The position numbers and the translations under genes were made by a program. Under the pieces are notes generated by a model. The model did not search any database, was not told the origin of the DNA, and saw only the letters and a list, made by a program, of their open reading frames with translations. Shown one piece after another: positions 55,626-64,000 of a DNA stretch of 64,000 bases (its first letter is position 1; each line of letters opens with the position of its first letter). The DNA lies in contig NC_045138.2 of the NCBI RefSeq assembly GCF_008831285.2, positions 40,858,001 through 40,922,000 on the forward strand, in the 5' to 3' direction. Source of the DNA: Nymphaea colorata (Eukaryota).

Positions 55626-57123
55626 TACTAGTATTCTAGTTTCTATTTTCTAAATATCTGCTGTATTTTGCATAGAGTCTTATCGCTTTTGAAAAGCATA
55701 TTTTTGTGAAAGAAAAATAACAGAAGATAATAATTGTCAGGAGATCATTGATCTGTTTGAGGTTCATGTCCCAATGAAAATGTGATGGACGCATTTACCT
55801 GCCTCATGGCGTGGCGGAGTGAAATCAGGTCCCTAATGTTATGCAAACCATTTTAATTGTTTCTTATACGAAAAAATTTCATCTGTGCTGAGAAATTGCA
55901 TCTTATACGAAGTCGAAGACTCGGCTTATGTCTGATTAGGGTTGTGGAGGGTACCAGCACTTGGCAGTCATACAGTTGCAGTTTGAGTGTTATGGGCGTC
56001 GCGTTTCAGTTCAAGTAATTGAGCGATCAACTGAGAGTGTTGTTTTCCTATGACATACTGTGTCCAATGTCTTCTGATATATATATGACCTTCACAGACT
56101 GCAGTATCTTTTAACGTATGGTTAAAAAGGATAAAATTTTACAGAAGTAAAATGAAAATTTTACAAAAGGTGGTATAACATATACAGTTTGTATTTCGCT
56201 CGTTTGCCTTTTTAAACAGAACAAATTCAAGCGTGAGTTCTATGTTATTTTTTTTCAAAAAATGGACCATGTTTTTTAAGAAACTACACGTCCCCTGTTT
56301 TTTTTTTCAGTTCCAACGGAATCATTACTCAGAGCACTAACTTTTCTTCTTGTTTTTTTACAGGATCAAGCAAAATATGTTCTACCCTCTGTTTTTCTGC
56401 TGCCATGTGGCAGGGTAGTCAGATGGCTGTCTTTTCTTCCTTCTTGCTTTCCTATTTGAGCAAGCACTATGCTGTAGACTTGTAGCTCTTTTCTGATGGA
56501 TACCTGATCTGCACATGTAGTTATTTTAGGAGTGTGTGAACTCTAGACTCTTAATCCATCTTTTGTACCCAACTCGTTTGATGACTACTTATCAGTTAAC
56601 CCCATGATTTTCATAGACAAGAAGTCATGAAATGAAAAAGGAAAAAGAAAATAAACTTTTCTCCTGCTTTTTGTTGTATCACCAGAAGTCTAGCGCGTTC
56701 TTGTAGGTTAATTTCTTTCCAGTTACTAACGATTCAAACATCAAGTCCTTCTAGATTCATTTTTCAACCCGAAAAGACAAAAGTACCTCTTGGGCACTGG
56801 TCGCCTTTCCATGTTTGCTTTCTAGCTAGAAACTGCATCCAGAAATTTTAACTGATTGCGCTTTAAATGCTGTGACGCAGAAGATATATCCACTCATATT
56901 AGCTTCGTGGCAAAGAAAAAAAAAAAGAAAACCAGATCAATGGGATGAGACCCAATAATAAGCAACCATCAGACCTGTAATGGACAGTAAAAAGAGATAC
57001 AGCAGCAGAGAACCAACAGTCGAATATTTTGGCATTCCTTAGCAAGAAGACAAAAAGCAGAAACATGGACTGCTGTCTAAGACAGTGGCGATCCATAGGA
57101 GCTCATGTGACACGATCGGTTTA

Positions 57124-58401
57124 CTAGGTACAGAGCTCACGTGACACACCTAGACGAGAGTTTGGAATGTCATAGAGGACCCTGTGATTCTGCTGCTGCA
57201 TGGTGGCAATCACGTTCACCACAGAGTTGACATTGACTGGTGCAGCAGCCATGGCCAAGCAGGATGTGGTGCCATAGGTACTGTGTATGAGAACATTCTC
57301 CTCCGGCAAGGTCATGTTCATCCCGTCGAACTGGAATGTAATCGTCGGCGGCACAATTGGCGTACTGTAGCACGTATCGAACCCACCTAGCGAGGTCACC
57401 GGCTGGTTGATCCGTCGCCGGAACTCGTCTCGGACTGCGACGTATGCCGGGGCCACTAGGCGAGTCACCATGGTGCCCGAGTCGAATATGGTTCCAGCAC
57501 CGGTGGTAGGGTCAAACGCCAACACATTGGGCGGAATGTTCACTGTCCTTCTCCCTACCTTTATCCCTGTCATGTTGACATAGTACAGTGATGGCCGTCT
57601 GGGGTTCGTTAGCAATGGGGTGTAAAGTATCCGTGTCGGCTGGCCGACTGGTCCGAGACGCAACGAACCGGAGAAGTTCATAGACTTGGCATTGGGCAGG
57701 CAGTAAGAGAAGGTCTTCTGGTAGAGAGTGCCTGCTTGAGATAGGAGTGACAATGGTCCTCGGCCTAGTCCCAGCAGGCCCTGTGGTGGGATTGAGGTCC
57801 CAGTCACGGACTTAAGGCAGCCAAAAGCATAGCTGGGTATGGTGCTGCTGGCCAAAGTAAGCGAATCAACAGATAACAACGCCTCAAAGGATGAGTCGCC
57901 ATACGTCATATTGAAATGGCAGTCCGACAAGGTGCAATATGAGTTGGATACTTGTCGGCATTGGGCCGCGCCGCATTGCAGCGGCTTGAAGGTCGTAGAT
58001 TGTTCAAGAGTGAAGAGGGTAGGGGATGAGCAGCCGGTGCAGCCACTGCATGGCACCCATGCAGCATCATTGCTTGTGTCCATGACCATGAACAAGGTCT
58101 GACCGGGTGTGCCCACATTGGCTTTGACCAAGTAGTTGCCTGCCTGCTGGAACTGGCGACCTGAGCCAACGGGCACGTCTGTTTTGGCTATGAGGTTGTC
58201 GAGGTAGATCAAGCGAGCCTTGTCATGGGCATTGATTTGGTCTAGAGAAGGAGGTGATGGGGATGACTTGAAAGGTGAGAGGTTGCTGTTCGCGGGTATG
58301 AGAGTTAGGGTCACGGAGGGAGATGGGGAGGCACTGGTCAGCCATATGGCTGTGAAGAAGAAGAAGAAGAAGAAGCTAAAGGAAGTGAAGGGGTTTCCCA
58401 T
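57124..58401 (-). CDS. AED3: Secreted A1-family aspartyl protease, AED3-like, intronless, about 425 aa
   Basis: The likely start is ATG 58401, which opens a signal-peptide-like MGNPFTSFSFFFFFFFTAIWLTSAS, with TATATA about 45 nt upstream. Motifs: GTPGQTLFMVMDTSNDAAWVPC, GLLGLGRGPLSL, FSYCLP, GTIFDSGT and QQQNHRVLYD. Confidence 0.92.
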   Translation of the reverse strand: MGNPFTSFSFFFFFFFTAIWLTSASPSPSVTLTLIPANSNLSPFKSSPSPPSLDQINAHDKARLIYLDNLIAKTDVPVGSGRQFQQAGNYLVKANVGTPGQTLFMVMDTSNDAAWVPCSGCTGCSSPTLFTLEQSTTFKPLQCGAAQCRQVSNSYCTLSDCHFNMTYGDSSFEALLSVDSLTLASSTIPSYAFGCLKSVTGTSIPPQGLLGLGRGPLSLLSQAGTLYQKTFSYCLPNAKSMNFSGSLRLGPVGQPTRILYTPLLTNPRRPSLYYVNMTGIKVGRRTVNIPPNVLAFDPTTGAGTIFDSGTMVTRLVAPAYVAVRDEFRRRINQPVTSLGGFDTCYSTPIVPPTITFQFDGMNMTLPEENVLIHSTYGTTSCLAMAAAPVNVNSVVNVIATMQQQNHRVLYDIPNSRLGVSRELCT

Positions 58402-59034
58402 TGCGAGAGCTTGGTGTAAGAGATGAACAAGAGCGGGGGAGGGTCTATATAGCCTTTCTTTCGAGGAGGGTAGTACATTGGCATCCTTACTGGATTCCAT
58501 TTGCTTTGTTTTTAGTGAATTATTTTACTTTCTTTTGTCAGTGGCTTCCTTCCTAATCAATTGTGTCATTTGGTGGCAGACTAGAAACTGGATACTTTGT
58601 GCCCAAAAGTTTTTTTCCTTTTTGTGCTTTTTGGGCATTGAAAATTGATAGAATGAGCCAAAATACAACAGGGAAAATGTATTTTTTTCTTTGCATGCTC
58701 TGCTTGGAACTTAGTCAATTGTTTACATTAAGAAAATGTGAGGATATGCCAAATTACAGCAGGAAATTGTGTTTCCTCTTCCTGGAATTGGGATTCGGGA
58801 TTTGGTTAGATTATTGTCAGGGAGGTGCTCATTGCTCGCTGCTCTAGGTGAAACTTAAGAAGTGAGAACAGTAACTCTTTATTCACGAAGAAGAAGGTTG
58901 ACTTATTTAACGATATGATAGACAATTGCAGGTGGTGAGAAGAGAGATGTTAATGGATACGTTGAGACATGGACCCTAGGAAAATTCCCAGCCCTACTGA
59001 CCTACAGTTTTAGTTTTTACCAATTACTGTCTTC

Positions 59035-59147
59035 GAGAGGCCTGGTGGTCAATGCTCGCCCAGGGCATACTTATCAATGAGCAAATCGGTTAAAGTATTT
59101 CAATCAAGGTTCCCGTTCCTCGTCGCCTTAACAAGAAAAATGAAAAA
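59035..59147 (+). mobile_element. Possible degenerate tRNA-derived SINE
   Basis: A-box-like GGCCTGGTGGTCAATG at 59039, B-box-like GGTTCCCGTTCC at 59108 and an A-rich tail at 59130-59147. No TSD seen. Confidence 0.3.
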
Positions 59148-62100
59148 GTAGCAGGATAAGATCTAGTTTCCTTTTTCCATTACCTTTTGGCTCTAGATCT
59201 CCTCTTCATTCTTTGGGGACCTAGATCTTTTGCCCCAGTAGTTGGGATGTTGATTGCTTTAATCGGATGTTAGCAGGCAAGCATAAATTGGTGCATGATC
59301 CTCTAGGTATTAAGAGAACGACATGTGGTAGGTGTGGGGCTCTTTTGCTTTCAGAAAATCAGAAGGGTTAGGTCACATGCATCACATACCTAGTGGGTTT
59401 AATCATGGTCACAAAATATCGCCAGTTTTTTTCTCATATAAAGGGCAGGCACTTCTCAGTTTGAAGGCAAAATTTCTAATATCAAAACTTTTTTTTTTGC
59501 ACAATTTTTTACTTCTGGATCAATTTTCTCATGTTTTGCAGACAAAAGGACAAGACCAATAATTCTTTTTTCAGTTTGTCAATATATTATTGTCGTTGTT
59601 TTACGTTGGGTTTCAGATGACGAGCTTGTTATCTATCCAACTTTGAAAATGGGGGGCAGGGAACAAGTACCTTCCAGACCCAAAACTTCAATCAGAATCA
59701 CTCATCCTTGTCCTAGGAGCTCTGGAAAATACACCAAATATGTCCCCAATCAGATAAAGGATGAATCAGATCGTCGTTTGGCTAATCTGTATCACGCTTG
59801 AACGACAGTTCTTTCATATGGGCAGTGTGGAGCCGTTCTCCAATCCGTGCGGCAAGTTGGGAAATTCAGAGTTTGAAACTATGTACTGACAGAAAATTGG
59901 CATACTCGATTTCCCAGTTTGTCGAGGTACTAAGCCATGAACTAATAATTCATTCATACAAGTTGAATTCCAAAATTACTGTTGATTCACCGCATCCCTT
60001 TTCTGCATGTCTGTCGTGATTTTTTTTGCTGGCTGATCTGTGTACTTGCACCTTATAGTGTAAGGTCTGAAGTGAAAGCTTCTCCCAACCTCTAGAGCTT
60101 ACACTACTCCAACAAGCATTTATGCAGTTTGTCGCGCACGGGATCAAAACAGTGACCAGCGTCTACTAGCCCAGAACCCTTCTCCATCGAAATAATGAAG
60201 AATCAACTTTATGAAAGCTTCCAGTTCGTGCATTAAGTTTTACCATTGTAAAAGCATCTCGAGATTTCTTCTTTTTGGTTGATTTTTATGGTTTGGTAAC
60301 TCTTTTCGATGGGAAATGTCCTCTGATATATTCATTTGATCGCTTCTGTCTTCTTTAGAGAGTTAGTGACCTATGAAAACTGTAGGAAAGGTGACGGGGC
60401 CTTTTAGGCCTTCTATTCCCGATTGCATTAATTTCTGTGAATTTGATGCGATCTTTTCGTAAGGCCTTGTAAAAAGTGAAAGGTGAAAGGTCTGGCTCGA
60501 TGAATGTTAATGCCACAGGATTTTACTTTTCTGCCGGACTTCTCGGCCATCATATCGCTGTCAAAGTCTTGGACGCTCTTCCTGTTTCGAGTAGAGGACA
60601 CACCCACATAGGAAAACTGCAAAATTTGCCATTAAAAGATACAGTAGAAAAATGGAAAGGAATTTTAACTGTACTGTTTTACTGCTGGACTTCAGCAACT
60701 CAAGAATACTTCTGATCACTGCATGGCACTGCCGCATAAAGAATCAGTGAAAAACTGTAGGACCCACTTGGCTCTCATGCATGCGGATGTCCAATTCTGA
60801 ATTGTCCAAGAACTTCTTAACCCCTTTGTGTCCAGTAGCAGCAGATCCTTGCTCAATCTCACCTTGAAGGAATCCAATGGAGAGAACAGTCGGTTCCCGA
60901 TACTTCACAGAAGCAATACCTTCAATTTGCTCATTTGTTAGTAGCACTATTGAAATTGCAGAGGACAGTCCAAGTATGTGAGCCAACTTCATGAAACCAA
61001 AACCAAGAACCATTCCATGCAAGTATGTCCTGTATGTTCAGTGCCACTCTGGAGCGTCACATGGTTTTTACAATAAAGAAAGATATTAGTCTTGGCACAT
61101 ACAAAAGGGCCAACCAAGCCACTTAGTATATGGAATATGTGATCCATAAGAAGAAACCATGTGATACTTCTACAATGAAGGTAGGATCTGCAAAATGATG
61201 CACATCACTCTTGCTCCTGCTATGGTCAATGAAAGGGATGGGAGCACCCTCCATGATCCCGATGATGTAAGGTATCACGGGTTTCCTTTGACGAAAGATC
61301 TGGATCTAGACAGAGAGACAGAGAAAACAAGGCCCCGTGAACACTTTTTTGCTAACATTAGAGTACATCAAGCATTCTCTCTGGTAATCGTGGTTGTCCC
61401 CTTGCCGCCAATCTCCCTCCAAAAAGAGTCTTCCACTTTCTTTGCAGTAAACGGAACAAACTCGCATAAGTGATTTCACGTTGAGTGTGAGTGCGTGGCC
61501 ATGTGCTGTCTTGGGATCCTGTTACAAATCTCTCTCTCCCTCACGAGGAATAGAAAGCTGCCAACAAGAAGAAAAAGAAAGAAGGCAGAACATGATGGCA
61601 GATACGGCTGGAAAGAGTCCAAAAGCGCGTTAAGAGCGAGTGAATGGCATTCACCATGTCCTGCTTTATCTGGGTACAGAGGATCAAGTGGGTTCCAGGT
61701 CCAGCTGGATAGGATAATACTGTGTGCAGGCCTAGTTCGTGGTCCAAATCCATATTTAGGATTAAATTCAAGGGTTGCTTTCACCAAATTTGAATAACTT
61801 GTGGAAGCCCTCTGCTAAAAAGTGCCGATTCAAGTTCTAAACACCTAAGTTGGCACATTTTCTGTCAAACATAACCATGTGCCTTGGAGGTGATGGAGTC
61901 CAACTAACCCTTGAGAGAACTGACAGAAAATTTTATAGAACAGTGAGGTTTTACAAAGACATGTTCTCAGAACACGTGATCTAAGGACATCATACTCTTG
62001 TTTTAAGTTGCTCATAGATCTGCCAATCAAATATTAGACGCAGCCGTATCCTGTTTTTTGAAATAAAAACATGGTGTTCTTGAAAAGTGTTTGCAGAACA

Positions 62101-64000
62101 GGTATTTCAATAACACAATGTTCTTATTAAATGACCTCTAAGTATTCTAAAGAAAGAAAGGGAGCAAACTCTACACTCAAATACTCGACCGAGCTAGTGG
62201 AACTTTTGCCAAAAGATTAAAACCAGGCAAAACTTACTGAAAAATTCACAGAACACGCCCAACTTGTAGCCCCATAAGAAAACATGCTCAAGCTTGAATT
62301 TTTCTATTCCATTCATCTGCTTCTTTTACATGTAGTTCAGTTGACATATTCAAACCAGTGCAAGTTGTGGGTCTTTAAAAGTTGTTGGTTTTTCTTTTAA
62401 GTAAAATTTCCAAAATTATTGTTGGTGGATCTTCATCTTGTTTTGTGAAGCCCGGATGCAATTAATTTAAAGTAGCAACTTGTCATTGTCGCTAATAATT
62501 GATCTAGTGCACAGCATTTCCACTAACGATGCATCTGCTCTCCTCTCATGTTTGCGAACTCCATGCATAGAAATCAGGAACTTGGTCACTCTCTACTCTG
62601 AGTTCCCAAAAAGGAACAGACACGAGAGCTTGATCATTCAGTTGCCTTGGCCTTGTGGTTCAGAATTGCAGCAACTTGCAGGCATTATATTGTAAGCTAG
62701 GTTGGATCCCACATTCAAAATACTAACTAAAATCTGAAACAAAAAGGTACAAGTGCGACAAAGAAACAGATGTTTTCATGCACTTTTCTCGATGTAGGGA
62801 AGATACACCACTAGTCTACTTTTATGTTCATAGTGTCTGCTTGGAATGTTAAGATGCCCTGCACTAAACTTTGAGGTCATTGGCTTGTACAGATTGCTTT
62901 ATAGCTTTTCAATTAAATTAATGATCATAAAGTCTGTTTGTTTGATCACGTGAAATAAGAGCCAAAACAATGAAACTATTTTTTCTAATTACTACTTAAA
63001 ACTTTCTTTTTTTTTAATCAAGCAGGTTGATCTTTCTCCTTGTTTCCTTTTTCAATGATAGAAGCTCCATGTAGAAGTAGGTAAAGCTGCATGTAGGTTC
63101 ATGTCATTTTTGGCTGTTCTAAGTCAGATTCCCTTCAACTTGATTTTTTATGTCGTAACATTTTCTTGAATCTGAGGTTCTGAACCGTCTGCACCCCATA
63201 AAGGAGGCAATCTATGAGCGGGACACTGACAACCAAGCCCTGATGCGTTGTTGATTTATGCCCTTCTTTTCCTTACCAAAATTGACACAACAGGGGCTGG
63301 GAGGGGACAAGCTTCTGTTTGAATTTTCGAGGCGTCAACTCTCTGTACTACAAACAGGAGACCATTGATACACAAGTTAAAGCATAGTAAGGGCAGCACC
63401 TCCATCAAGTTGAAGTGTAGTAAGGCAACATCTCGAAGCACTGAAAGCAGACCCTACTCACCTAGAATGGGGTACCACTATTAAAAAGCGTTTGATTACA
63501 TGGAAAGAAACTTTTTGAGGAGCCCATAGTCACAAGCATAATAAAACTGGAAATTGAATCCTGATTATTGCAAACACCAGTGCACCTTGACTGCCTTTCT
63601 ATCAAAAGATTGAAGATTTTTCTTCGACATTTAATGAAGAGAAAAACAAAAGAGAATAATCTAATATGCATGATGTGTTTGAGTTATTCAAATAAAACTC
63701 GTCAATTAAATCCTATGCTAACCTACTTGTACCAATATGAGAAGGGGAAATAATTTAACCTCCACAGGTGCGACTTTTTCTACCAGCATGGGATGAAAAA
63801 TCCATCTTCCCTCTGTTTTGTAACTTTGTTAATTGTAAATTTAAGGAGGATGTTCAATGGGGCAACCCCAAATGAAAACTCGCAGAGGTAGGTGTGCGCT
63901 TAGGTGGGTAGCCGCCCACACAGGCTCACATAATTTATTTTATTTACATATTAGCTCCTCAGTCCTTAATATCTGAGACTTCATAGGTTAGTGCCTCTTA

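Noticed and set aside
58402..58500. Upstream in-frame ATG extending the aspartyl protease to 458 aa
   Set aside because: The extension spans a TATA-like element and would bury the signal peptide. ATG 58401 fits better.
60400..61800. Cluster of 64-103 aa ORFs, faintly LINE-like
   Set aside because: No diagnostic endonuclease or RT motif could be identified. BLASTX would be needed.

Overview
This is eukaryotic, flowering-plant-type genomic DNA with spliceosomal introns, AT-rich intergenic spacers, MITEs and LTR relics. No prokaryotic system, CRISPR array, rRNA or intact tRNA was seen. Ten protein-coding genes were reconstructed exon by exon with frame-consistent splice sites: serine:glyoxylate aminotransferase AGT1 (+), L-galactono-1,4-lactone dehydrogenase GLDH (-), an annexin (+), mitochondrial/peroxisomal fission protein FIS1 (-), a single-exon AT-hook/PPC (AHL) factor (-), NADPH:quinone oxidoreductase NQR (+), a C2-domain protein (+), eIF4A-III (+) and an AED3-like aspartyl protease (-) make nine. 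The tenth is only a low-confidence orphan exon chain at about 28.3-29.1 kb. Spacers hold hAT-type MITEs (two with 8-bp target-site duplications), a Tourist-like MITE, a TRIM-like miniature LTR element with a related solo LTR in AGT1 intron 2, a rearranged Ty3/gypsy fragment and short tandem repeats. The most notable oddities are a displaced copy of part of GLDH exon 1, a probable non-consensus GC splice donor in the annexin, a two-ATG transit-peptide-like extension on NQR, and an unexplained non-coding block (hairpin, GA-rich tract, splice donor) 3' of the AHL gene. I found no convincing evidence of a wholly new biological system. All family assignments come from motif recognition, not database searches.
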